The notes under the pieces: generated by a model
What the model saw: only the letters and a program-made list of their open reading frames with translations
Database searches by the model: none
What the model was told of the DNA's origin: nothing
In this document: in pieces, positions 29,011-41,940 of the stretch
Layout: each line of letters opens with the position of its first letter
Position numbering within the stretch: position 1 is the first letter of the stretch
Position numbers and translations under genes: made by a program
From: Geosiphon pyriformis uo1
Taxonomy: Eukaryota > Fungi > Glomeromycota
DNA length: 64,000 nucleotides
Assembly: GCA_016748015.1 (NCBI GenBank)
Contig: JAAOMT010000483.1
Location: 1-64,000 of the forward strand
Direction of reading: 5' to 3'

Positions 29011-30000
29011 TGTTATTAGTAAAATAAAGCAGAAAAAAAATAGAAAAATACAATATAAATAGCAAATAGCATAGTATAGATTATTAAAACATGTAATATA
29101 AAAATTTTAAAAATACCAAAAATTTTAAAAAAACAGGCAAAAATATTAAAGATTCCAGAAATTCCAGGAATTTTAGTAAAAATTTTAGAAATTTTAGAAA
29201 TTTTGTATTATAAAAATTTATGTATATATAATAAAAATGTTAAAAAAAAACAAACAAATTGAATTAAAAGCAAATTTAGTTTCTATTTTATTTAATAACT
29301 TTTAAAATTAACAATTTAACACTTAAAATTTACAATTATTTTAAATAAATTTATCAAATTACATTATTTAAACACAATTTTATAAGTTTATATTTATTTT
29401 GTTAAAATTTAATTATTTTTTTATTGATGTTAATAGCATTAACACAATATTACTAACAATATTAAAACAATAGCTCTTAATTATAGTTATTAATAAGATA
29501 TTAATTTTTTATTTTATTTTATTTTTCTTTTTTGTTTTGTGTTTATTAATTAATTAAAAAAAAGTATTAAGATTATAATATTAAAAATTGCTTAATAAAA
29601 AACACCAAAAAAAAGCATAAAGTATAATCAAAAAACTAAAATTGCTTATTAAAAAAATAAAAAACACCAAAATAAATTAATTATCATATCAAAAAAGTTA
29701 AACATTAAGTATTGTTTATTATTAATATTAAATCTCTGTTTGCTATACAAAAAACTTTATTATTAAAATTTTTAAATTAAAAAATTAACTATTTTAAGCA
29801 CCAAATTTATAAAAAATTTAATAATTTTAAAAATTACTTATAATATTTAATGTTTTTTGTAAGATATAATTTAAAAAAAACAAAAAACATTATTAAAACC
29901 AATTAATAAAAAGAACAAAATTAGAATTTACAAAAACAAACTACTTGAAATTCATAAAATTACTAAAAAAATATTTTCAGAAAAATTTAAAATTAACTAT
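29011..30000 (+). mobile_element. Element G: heavily decayed A/B-family 5' LTR (29011-29845), PBS remnant and gag start, interrupted by D
   Basis: TGTTA start, GATTCCAGAAATTCCAGGAA U3 repeats, TATA ~29225, CAATAGC hairpin 29468, decayed PBS TTTAATGTTTTTTGTAAG at 29846, then sequence alignable to the B gag start. Confidence 0.6.
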
Positions 30001-33000
30001 TATTATTAGTAAAATTTAGTTAATAATTAACATAAAATTATTTTTATAATTTCTATTATAATTAATATATATTATTATTATTTTAATTTATTACTTATTA
30101 TTTAATCAAATTATCATAATATTTCTATTCAATTAGTAATTTAATTTATATAATACATCAGATCATACAATACTTTGAACTCTATAATATTTAAGAATTT
30201 ACTAAAATTTGTAAAATTTTGTAAAATAATTTAATAGTTTACTAAAATAGTTAATAATTTGTAAAAACAACTTATAGTTTGCCAAAATATATCTTTAGTT
30301 GTTAAAATTAGACCAAAAAAAAATTTCAAGTTTATAAACTTATATTACAATAAGTTATATAAAAGAAAAACTTTTTTCTTTAAGAAAATATATCTTAGCT
30401 AAATTATCTTTATTAGAAATTTTTTTTTTAGTATTTATACAAATTATTATATTAAAAACTACATTGAAAACAACAAAAATTATAATTATTTTACTTAAAA
30501 TTTCCCGAATCCCAATTAATATTTTGAAGTTAATTAGCTATTAATTTTAATAATTTGTTAAATAACTTTAGATCTGAACAGAAAACAATTCTCTTAAACA
30601 AAATTTTTTTCTTTTAAATTTAAATTTAAATTTATTTTTATTTTATTATATACACTAAAATAGCTTACAGACAAAATTCCTGTAGAAAAATTGACTTTTA
30701 TAACAAAATAACTACATATTTTTAATAAGCTTTTAGACAAATATTTCTTGAAAAAAAGTTAATTTTTATAGCAAAATAACTACACAAAGTAACTGGCACA
30801 AAATTGCCATTTTATTTGTAAGCCAAACAATTTAAATTATAAAAGGTAATTTTAAAATAAAATTAATTATTAAAGATTCAGCCACTTTTAATAATTGTAA
30901 ATTAATAGCAAAAATGATATTAACAATATTTAAGAAAAAAAACCAAAAACTTTTGATAACATTTGGTGTTTTCTTACAAATTAACACAATAACAACAACT
31001 TCAAAGTAGCAACTATATTAAACATAACAATTTTAGACTATTATTAGTTAATTTATATTTATTACAAACAATAATTTAACATCTAAGATAAAATTACAGC
31101 TTTTAAAAAAACACTTTTTTAATATATTAAAAACCAAATCAATGATTATTTTTTTGGAAACTACAATATTACAAAAGTTAAGTAAAATCTTTTTAAAAAC
31201 TTTATTCACTATTAAAACAAAAACCCAGAAAATATTAATGCTAATAATTATATTACTTACTTTAAAAAACTTAATTACAACATTATCAAATTTTGCAAAA
31301 AAAAATATTTTGTTAACTTTTAATTTGGTTTTAAACTTGAGTTTAAACTCAAAACAAACAAAAAAAACAAAAAAAAAACACTTAATCAGTTTATATAATG
31401 CTCAATACACCAAAAACAATTTTTTAATATTTGCAAATATCTAAACAAAAAGTCAGTTTTAAACTATTACTTTTAATTACATTTTTCTTAGTTTTACTTG
31501 TTTAAGCTCAGATACCAAATTTATTACTTAACTATTTTTTGAAACTAAAAAACTTTATATTATCGAAAAACCCAATACAACAACTTAAACAAATTTTTAT
31601 CAGCACAAATTTTTTTGATTATTTAGCAGAAAATTAGAGTAATTATTCTAAAAACTTAGACAAAAAAAAATGTTTTTGAATTTACTAAGAAAAAAACCAC
31701 CAAAAACAAAAATACTAAAGAAATAATAACTATTTATATTGCAAAGATTATTAAATTTACAAGAAAAGATATTAATATTAATTCTTAAAAATAACTTGAC
31801 AAAGTATTCAAGGTAAAAGATAGAAATGAATAGAACACAACAAAAATATTAAAAGCTATTTCTTACTTTTTCCAAAGAACAGCAAAAGAATAATTTGAAA
31901 ACTTAGACAAACTTTTTGAAATTTGACAAGCATTTAAAAATGCTTTCTTAAAACAATTTAATAACAACAACATCTCAATTACATTCTAAAATTGGATTTG
32001 AAACATAAAACAAAAACTCTCTAGATTTTTTATAACCTACTTAAAGAAGTTTAACAAGCTTTTTTAATAAATTTACCAATTAAAAACCAATAACTATTAC
32101 TTTAATACACAAATTTTAGACCAATTTATTACTGGATTAAAGAACATATTAATCAAAAAAGTTTGTTTATATGCTCTAAAAGATTTAACAACTGTTATTT
32201 AACATATTAAAATCTACAAAATGGCTATAAAAAAGCCAACTATATCAAACTTGTTAACTTAACTATTAGAAAAACCAGCTTAGCAGCTAAAAAAAAAATT
32301 GACCAACTAATTAAAAAAGTTGAGAATTACTTTACCAATTAACAACAGAAGTATTAATTATTACAATATTAAAACCAAAACAACTTTTTATTATCATTTA
32401 ATAACCAATTTCAAAACTATTATTATTGTGAAATTTTAAGACATTGGAAACAGAATTGTTAAAAAATACAATAAAACCAACAATCAAAAAATAATTAATA
32501 TTATTTTTAATTACAAGAATCTTATTATTAATCTTTATTATCAGTGTTATAAATGATTATTTGAGATATGAAAACAAATAACAAACTCATAACTTGGTGC
32601 TTAATAGCTGATAGTGTTGATATATCTAAAGATTTTAGATTGGAGTTTTTTATATAATGAACAGAAATTTAATGGTTGTTTTCAGTAGCCTTCTGGAATG
32701 ATTATTCTGTCAAATTTCTTTTTTTAGTGTGATAGCTGATTTATTTTAACAGTTGTGCTCTTTTGGTAAGCTATTCATTAATTATAAATTCTATACTCTT
32801 ATTTCTGGGTCTTTTACTAAACTATTCTTGATGTCAATTAATCAGCACTTAATCTCTTAAATTAGTTAATACACAACAAATAACAAAAGAAATAAAAAAA
32901 ATAAAAGGAAAAATAAAGAAAATAAGAAAAAAAATAAGAATTAGTATCTTGTTAATAGTCATAATTAAGAGCTATTGTTTCAATGTAATTAAGTATTGGA

Positions 33001-33355
33001 TATTATCAATATAAAGTGTTAATAACAGATGAATAATGATAATTTTTTAATCAAGCAACAATAACATAGATTAGATGATAATATAAATGTTTATTTAATA
33101 TTGTGATAAATTTACTTTGGTTAATAGTAACTATTCATAAAGTAAAAAGTATTTAATAATTATGATTTGCGAGTTTAATTGACTAATTTTCTAGCTTTTG
33201 ATACTACTGCTATATATACATAATTTATGTTATATGAGATTCTTAGAATTTTGTGATTCTTTCAAAAAAATTCTGAAATTTTGCAATTTTTTTAGAGAAA
33301 TTCTGCAATTTTTCTGTTACTATATCTATTTCTAATTGGCTATTCTTTTAACTAT

Positions 33356-34044
33356 TGTTACAGGTTGGGGTAACAAGCTAATAGATAGCAAGGAAGAATA
33401 AGATTGTAGGGTGATGGAAATAATCAAAGGGCTTTCAACTTCAAAGAGCAAATTGAATAAGTATAGATTTAATGTGCAAGATCAGTCTCATAAAATATCT
33501 CAGTTGCTATACTTTTCAAAAGTAACTGGAGGAATCTGAAGATAGAGGGATAGTCCATACTGTCAACAAATGATCACACTTGGTACAATTCTATGCTTCA
33601 TGTCAGCATTTTTAGAATTCAATATCAAGTATCAGATGTGCTCTTCAGTCATGTTTTATTCAATAATCTCTAAATGTTGCAATTACACGTTTCAGAAAAA
33701 GGGTAAGAATTAACCAACAAGTAATCTTTTATCTTTAAGATGTTCAGATACTTGAAAGTAAGAAAAGGGAAATTAGTGATAAGAGAATGATTAAGATGAA
33801 AGTTGTTATTTTATTTATTCTTGATTATTTGGAACATGCTTTTTTACAGCTAAGAGATTCATTGCTTATATAGCTGTCAAAAGTGGTCAATGATCAGGTC
33901 AATGACTAGATCAATAATCAGATCAACAATCAGGTCATTGATCAAATCAATGATCACTTTCTAAAAATAGAGTGGCTAATTTATGTGACATCAATGGCTA
34001 ATACATATGATAATTAATAAGAAATATAAGTTTCAACCATAATA
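33356..34044 (-). repeat. 3' LTR of C (689 bp)
   Basis: Direct repeat of 51434-51529 plus 61676-62244. Confidence 0.92.
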
Positions 34045-34049
34045 TCATC

Positions 34050-34700
34050 CTCTCCAAAAAGATTGAGCTCTGGCAAAATCAAGCTATTTATAGTGTAATC
34101 TATTGGAAGGTTTTTATCTAACTAGTTTGTTAAAGTCTTTTGTGGATAAGGTATATAACACTTGAAACAAAATGAGTTTTGTATTTAAGAGACCAAATCT
34201 TTGTATTAGAGTTTTGGCTCTTTTAGCAATAGTTAAAACTCTTGGGACATCTAACCATATAATGCCCAAAATTTTTGCCTGTATCTCTGAAGTTGTTTTC
34301 TTCATGAGTTTCATATCCTCTATGATTTCACCAAGATGACCATAGAGTTCTAATTGCCTTCCATATAACAAGTTTTTGTCTATGAGTAAGATTTTTTGAA
34401 GTGTTTTTCCAATTGTGTTGGAAGGTGAGAGTATAGCTGCTGTTATACTTTCCAACAGATATTTATCTATTTTACTACCAATTCTTTCTCTTCTGGTAGT
34501 AGTTTTCTTTGGTCTAATAACAGTATGTGTTCCACTGTTATCAGTTATAGTGGTCTGTTTTCCAATAGTCAAAGTAGCATTTGAATAGTTTTTGATCCAA
34601 TACTCATGGAGAGTATAGAAAGCATTTTAAATGTTTTGATCCAGAAAATAATTGTTTATGTTAATTGAAGATACCTTTGTTTTGGGAATGGTGCATTTAT
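34050..34700 (-). pseudogene. ORF3 of C (unknown accessory protein)
   Basis: Open stretch 34114-34572 (152 aa) continues in frame past two stops to LDFARAQ next to the PPT. Start uncertain. Confidence 0.6.
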
Positions 34701-36015
34701 TTATACTTGATTTTTGTTGATCATTTGGGTTGGTATTACCACAACAGGCAACCAATCAGGTCGTTTATGATATTTCTTGAGTCATGTACCATGAACAGAA
34801 TGATTATTGAAGATTGTTTCAGATTGATCTTGAAGAATATAAGAATCATTGTTCAAAACTTTGTTGACTATAAAGAGTCTTTTCCACTGGCTAGAGAATT
34901 TATTACTATAAACATTGTCTCTGTCTAAATGGTATTCTAGTACCAAGTCACCAACACTTAAAGAAAGTATTTTATAAGTTTTCTTTTTTCTTAAGCTTTT
35001 TTTGGAACTGTTTTATTTTTTTAAAAGCAATTATTTGTGCTTCTACCAAGGAGTCAAGAATAGTACCAAGTCTTTTTTGCAAAATGTCTTTGTAATTTCC
35101 TATTGTGATTTCTTTAAAGAGTATGGTTTTAATGTTAGTTTCTATTGGTAGTGTTACCATGTGTCCATAGAGCAGATAAAAAGGTTTATAACTTGTTATG
35201 TTATGATTTACAGTTCTATAAGCAAACAAGGCTAAAGGCAGTACTTTGTCTCATAAGTTTGTTTTTTCACTGGTTTTGGCTAGGATTTCACATAATGTTC
35301 TATTGAAACATTCCACTAGGCCATTTGTTTGGAGGTAAAAAAGAGAGAAAAGTTTGTGATGTATTCCCATTTTTCTACAAAGTTCTTTAACCAGTGTACT
35401 GAAAAAAGCTCTTCTTCTATCAGATAAAAGTTCTTTGGGACAACCATGATGGCAGATGATATCTTCATAAATGAAATTGGCTATTGAGACTGCTGTTTGG
35501 TTTGGAGTGGCTCTTGCTTCTACCCACTTTGTAAGATAGTCAGTAGCTATAATAATGTATCTGTTGCCATCAAGAGTTATTGTTAAAGATCCAATGACAT
35601 CTATACCAATTTTGTTAAATGGTTGACCAATAGAGATTGGATGGATATCTTCTTTGCAGTTGGGTTTGCCTTTTTTTTGGCAGATATCACAGATTTTGAT
35701 GTATTCAGCAATGTCTTTTCCCAAGGTAGACCAATAATAGTAAGCTAAAGTTTTCTGAATTGTCTTTGTTTTTCCAAAATGTCCAGCTAATGGGTCAGTA
35801 TGTATATTGTATATTACAATTTTCTTTTCTTTAAATCTAATGACTTTTTGAGGGCAGTCAGGATCTTTTCTATTTCTTTTATATAATTGTTTCTGGTGGA
35901 TTAAATAGAAATTTGATTGTTTGTGTAAATGTTCTCTTTGTTGTTGAGTATATTCGGGTGGGTATTGTTCTTTACCCAAAAATTTTATTAAAGCAGAGTA
36001 GTTGTCCAAGTCTAT
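34701..36015 (-). pseudogene. Integrase cistron of C
   Basis: HHCC (HTDPLAGH...CDIC), core GIDVIG, LSD, TNGLVECFN; ORFs 35251-36009 and 34972-35229. Confidence 0.9.
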
Positions 36016-36767
36016 TATTGTGTTTGTTTGTAAAAGAGTTACTAATAATTAAGTTGGTTTGGTTTGAGAGGTTGTACTATCACTAGATGGTAAGTCTAAA
36101 GAGAGTGTCAGCATTTTGATGATTTGCTCCTTTGTGGTGTTAAATATCATAGTTGAATTCATCCAAGTGGAGTATCCAGTGAGTTATTCATTTGTGTTCC
36201 AGATTCTTTTTATTGTGCAGCCAAACCAAAGCTTGATGATCTGTTATTACTAAGAATTTTGCACCAAGAAGATATTGATTCCAGTGGCTAGTAGTCCAAA
36301 CTACTGCTAAACATTCCTGTTCAGTAACTGAATAGTTTTTTTCTGCTGGTATGAAAGATCTACTGGCATATGCTATGGCATGTTCTCTGTTATTTTCATC
36401 TTTCTGTGGAAGAACAGCACCAAGTTCATAGCCAGATGCATCAGTGTGGAGGATAAAAAGTTGATCCAGATCAGGTTGTTTGAGAATTGGTTCAGTAACA
36501 AGTTTTTCCTTCAGAATTTCAAAAGCTTTTTGTTGATAAGTGCCCCAGTGATAATTAACATTTTTCCTGAGTAACTAATTAAAAGGAAAGGCAATTTTGG
36601 AGAAATCTTTAATAAATTTGTGATAGTAAGAGGCCAAACCAAGGAAAGAGCATAGTTCAGGAACATTCATTGGTTGTCTAATGTTCTGAACTTTTTCAAC
36701 TTTGGCTGGGTCAGGGAAGATTCCATCTTTTGTAATAAGATGACCAAGGAACTGGGTAGATTGGCAT

Positions 36768-37616
36768 TATTACAAATGATTATTTAGGGTGTTGAATCAA
36801 ATAACAAACCTGTAACTTGGTGCTAAAAGTTATTTGCATTGATGTTATTAATCTGAAGATTTTGTATCTGAAGGTTTCAGTTTAAGTTTTTTGTATAATG
36901 GACAGAGATTCAATAGTTGTTTTATCCATAGCTTTCCAGAATTGCAATTCTGTCAATTTTTCTCTCGGCGTGATGGCTGGCAATCCTCTGATAAGTATTC
37001 CGTATCTTCTGTACATGTCCTACCCTTTCGCAGGGGTCTTTTACCAGGCAATTCTTGACATCAGTAATCTAACACTTTATTTAACCAATTAGTGCACAAC
37101 AATAAAATCAAAATAAAATAAAATAAAGAAAAAAAATAAAAGAAAATCATGAATAAGCCAAGGTGATTTTGCAAGTCAGTATCTCATCAATAGCCGTGAT
37201 CAAGAGCTATTGTTTCAGTGTGTTTAAGTATCAATTACTATCAACATAGAGTGTTGATAGTGAAATTAGGTTTGAGATACCAAATAGTTATTTATTATGT
37301 TTGGAAGGTTGTCTAGATAAAATTTAAACTTGATAATCCTTTTTTCAGCTTCTAATCCTACTGCTATATATACATAATTGAGATTTCTCAATTTCTCAAT
37401 TCTTTACAACAGGAATCTTGGAATTCCTGGAATCCTGCAATTCTTTTGAAAGAAATTCTGGAATTCTGGAATCCTGCGATTTCTTGTGACAATCCTGTAA
37501 TTTCTGGAATCCTGCAATTTTTGAGAAGAATCCTGGAATTCCACATTTTACTACGTCTACTTCTGATTGGCTAATAACTATGCTAATATATATTCCCTAT
37601 ATTTCTATGAGTAATA
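36768..37616 (-). repeat. 3' LTR of B
   Basis: Same-length direct repeat of 46995-47843. Confidence 0.95.
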
Positions 37617-37629
37617 TTATTCTCTTCTT

Positions 37630-38289
37630 TTAATATTGAGCTCCATCGAAATCTAACTCTGTTAATTCCCCTTCTTGAAGTATTTCCTGAATTTTATTTT
37701 CGAGAATTATTTGTATTATTTGAGTCTGTAATTTTTCAAATTGAGTATTAGTGATCTTTCCTAATTAATTACTGGTAACCATGTCCATTGCTTTGTTAAG
37801 TAAAATTTCTGGTTGATCCTAAAATACTGTGTGTATTTGGTATATGGCTCGGGTCTGTGTGGATAAGTTGTTTTTTCCCACAAAATGTTCTAATTGTTGT
37901 AGTATTCTGGTGTCAAATAATTGCTTTGTTTTATTCATATATAGATTCTGGATATTCACATATTGTTCTAAGTAAAAATAACAATAGTTTTTTGAAAATT
38001 GTTGTATCCACCAATTCCAAATTTCTTTAATTAACTTTTGGTATAATGACTCTTTTGTCAACTCTTTTATTGCTAATTTTATTTTTGCCATGATTTTGTC
38101 AATGGTATTTTCTGTTTTCTTCTGTGTTCTATGTGGTGATGTCTTTCTAATGTCTTGATATCAGATAGTTTGTTAATTAATTGTAATTTCCATCTCTTGG
38201 TGTTAAATTAATTGAAAGAGTTGTTGTGCTAGTGAGTGGATGTTGTCTGTGATTTCCATTTTTTTGATATTTCTTGTCACATCTACCAT
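37630..38289 (-). pseudogene. ORF3 of B (219 codons, premature stops)
   Basis: ATG 38289 to TAA 37630 in a single frame, ending LDFDGAQY*. Same 660-nt length as ORF3 of A2. Confidence 0.75.
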
Positions 38290-38314
38290 GTCTTTATATA
38301 TTCTTTTGATGGAT

Positions 38315-39695
38315 TAATTAACATGTTGTTGTCAATGATAATGATTGGTTCCAGATCTCATGGAATCTCCTCTGGTTGGACTAGTATCTTCTGTACTCCT
38401 AATTGTGGAATATTACTGGTGGATGGTAGTGTAATGTTGTGGTATGGTTTCAGTCAATCTTCATGTGCTGCTTTGATTAAGATTTTGTTATCCAGTATTA
38501 ATTTGTAAGCTCTATTTCTTAGAATTTCTTCTATGTAAAATGGTCCATTCCATTTGGAGTCAAATTTTCCACTTCATTGTTTTTCTGCTTTGGTACGATG
38601 TAAAAGTACTTTGTCTCCAATCTTGAATTCAATTGGTTTGTCTGGTAGTTGATTATCATGTCTTTCTTTCTGTTTCTCTTGTGATTTTTGTATATTATTA
38701 GCTGCTTTTTTTCGTTTGTTTTCCAATATTTCCATTAAATTATATGTTCTTCTTAACAATGTCTCTTGAAAATTCTCTTCTGTTATTGGTTTAGTTAGAT
38801 ATGTGTTAACCTCTATCTTAACTGGTAATGTTGCTGTTCTACCATATATCAATTCAAATGGTGTTGCTTGTGTGGTGTCTTGCTTCATTGTCCGATAAGC
38901 AAATAATATTGATGGTATGAACAAATCCCATTCTTCTTAATTTTTTTGGCTGAGTTTCACTATTGCTTTACACAATGTTCTATTAAATCTTTCAACTAAT
39001 CCATTGGTTTGTGGATGGTATGGTAATAATAGTGGTCTTTTAATTCCAAATCTTTGGCTCAATTCTGCTAATGTTCAGTTCACAAAATGGGTCCCTTGGT
39101 TTAATAATAGTTCTCTTAGACACCCATGTTGACAAATTAAATCTTGATGAACAAATTTGGCAACAGATTCTGCATCCGCTCTTTGAATTGCTTTTGCTTC
39201 TGGCCATTTAGTGAGATAGTCTATGGCTACTGCAATGTATCTGTTTCCTCCGCTGGTGATTGTTAATGGTCCGACTAAGTCAATTCTAATGCAATCAAAT
39301 GGTTGTTCCACTTTGATTGGTTTTAATGGTTCACTTGGTCTGGTTCCTCATTTTTTTTGACAAGCATCACAATTTTGAACATATTGAATAATGTCTGGAT
39401 ATATTGATGGCCAATAGTATTCTTTTCTGGTTCTTTCTATGGTTGTTTCTTTGTGAAAATGCTTTGCTGTTGGATTTGAATGCATGTTGAATAATATTGT
39501 TTCTTTTTCTGGTTCTGTAATTACTTTGATTGGTTGATCTGGATTTTTTCTATTCTTCCAATAAAGTATATTCTGGTAAGTGATAAAATATTTTGATTGT
39601 TGTTTAATACTATTTTGTTCTATTTGAGATAATTTCTCCTTGAACTGTTGAGTATCTATATAATACTTGAGTTGTTGATATTTTTGTGAGTTCAT
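38315..39695 (-). pseudogene. Integrase cistron of B
   Basis: MNSQKYQQL start, HSNPTAKH...CDAC, IDLVGP, GPF motif. 3' end approximate. Confidence 0.9.
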
Positions 39696-41579
39696 CTTTT
39701 GTTATGTTGTTGTTGGATGTAGTTTGGTTTTGTTATATTTTTTGAATTGGAATGTTTAGATTTGTCTTATTTGTGACAAATTATCAGCATTTCTGTTGTG
39801 TTTTCTCTTTTTATAATGTATAGTATAATTATATGATGCGAGTGCCATTTTCTATCTTGACTGTCTTCTATCTCCAAATTCTTGTTTTTGAAGTGATGTT
39901 AATCTTTTGTGATCTGTGTACACTTCAAACTTCTGGTTCAAGTATTTTTTCCATTTCATAACTGCCTAGTATATTGCTAAATATTCTTGTTTTGGTGTTC
40001 CATAGTTTTTTTCAGCTGGTGTTAAGTCTTGGCTGGCAAATGCTACTGGATGTTTTCTTCCATCCGGTCCTCTCTGAGATAGTACTGCTCCCAATGCTTG
40101 ACCTGATGCATCAGTAGTAATGATAAATGGTTTGTTGTAATCTGGATAGATCAATACTAGCACTTGAATGAGCTTTCCTCTTAAAATGTCAAAAGCTTTT
40201 TGTTGTGTTTCCATCCATTCATATTTCACATTCTTGGTTTGTAGATGGTTGAGTGGCTGAGTTATTTTAGAAAAGTTTTTGATAAAGTGATGATAATAGT
40301 TTGCAAATCCCAAGAATGATTTTAGTTTGGTTACATTGGTTGGCACTGGAAAGTTCTTTACTATTTCTATCTTGTCTGGGTCTGTCTTGATACCATTTTT
40401 GTTGACTATATGTCCCAGAAACTTCAGTTCTGTTTTGCCAAAAAAGCACTTGGTAGCATTTAGCTTTAACTCTGTTTGTCACAGTCTTTTGAATACTTGT
40501 TGAAGATGATGGAGATGATCATCAAATGTTCTTGAGAATACATTGGTGTTGTTCAAATACACAACTACTGATTTCCACAATAAGCCAATGTACACAATTT
40601 CCATTAGCCATTGGAAGGTTGCTGGGGCATTGGTTAAGCCAAATGGCATTACTTCAAATTCGAAATTCTCTTCTCTTGTGATAAATGCTGTTTTTTTTTG
40701 TCAGCTGGATCCATGGCTACTTGTCAGTAACCACTATCCAAGCCCAATATTGAAAACCATTTGTTTCTTCCAAAAGCATCAAATAACTCTTGGATCTGTG
40801 GAATTGAATAACTGTCTCCATGAGTGACTCTATTGAGTTTTCTGTAGTCTACACAAAATCTGATTTTTCTATTTTTCTTCCAGACAAGTACTACTGGTGA
40901 CAACCATGGGCTCATTGATGGCTGGATTAGCCCATTGTCAAACATTTGATTGATCTCTTGACGGATAATCTCATGGCTTGCTGGTGGTACTCTGTATGCT
41001 TTTTGTTTGATTGGCATTGCATCTCCAGTTTTGATCTGGTGTTGGATGATATCAGTTTTGCCAAATTTTTTTTCGCTGGCAAAGATGTCATTAAAATTGT
41101 TGAGTAATATTTTTAGTTGCATTTGTTAAAGTGGATCTAAATTTCTTATATTTATTTGCTCTAGCTGCTCTGGTTGTAACAAATAACATTTGTTCCATCC
41201 ATAGATTGTTTGTGATGTAATATCCACATATCCACACAATTGTGAAAAGTCTGGAATAGTGCTTGGTGGTTGATTCTCAATTTCAGTGGTCAAATATCCA
41301 AAAGTGGTTCTTTTTGGTATCTTCACAACATTTCTCATATTGTTGTAGATAGAAATTTTGATATGGTTGTGGTTCTTGGCTGGTATGTGTAGATTGATAA
41401 GTCCAACTTTTTTTGTTTTACAAAGACTTGTTTCCACTTCAAAAATTTGTGCCTAATTCTTCACCTTTTTTTCTATTGCTAACATGTACTGGTCATATGG
41501 TGAAATGGAAATTGCTTGACCCATTGAAATAATTTTTCCTTGGCCAATAATTTTTTCCTTTGCCATATTGACTGGTATG

Positions 41580-41940
41580 TCTATTTTACCTGTGGATTTG
41601 AATCTCTGTATCCCTTTCGCGGTTATCCCTAATTCTTTTCTATTTCTTACTGAAACTAACTGAGCTATTTTAACCAGAGGCAGGAATATTGCCTGTGCTA
41701 TCTTCTTGTTTGGCTCTATAATATAGGCCTTTTCAGAGTTATTTTGTAGCATGACAATGATATTTCCTACATATCCCGCATCAATTATTCCTCCTCTTCT
41801 AATGCTACTTTTAGATCAATGCAGGTGCATGAATGTGGTTCCAATTTGATGGTGTTTTTTTCAGAATATCTTAGATCAAATCCTGTGTTAGTATCATGCG
41901 TGCATTCTGGCATGATACTCTTATTATTGTCATTATACCA
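41580..41940 (-). pseudogene. dUTPase domain of B (motif 2 deleted)
   Basis: TGFDLRY, GGIIDAGYVG, KIAQAIF, KGIQRFKSTG. Confidence 0.85.

Noticed and set aside
34114-34572. ORF3 as an envelope protein or chromodomain
   Set aside because: No signal peptide, transmembrane helix, furin/fusion pattern or aromatic-cage motif visible.
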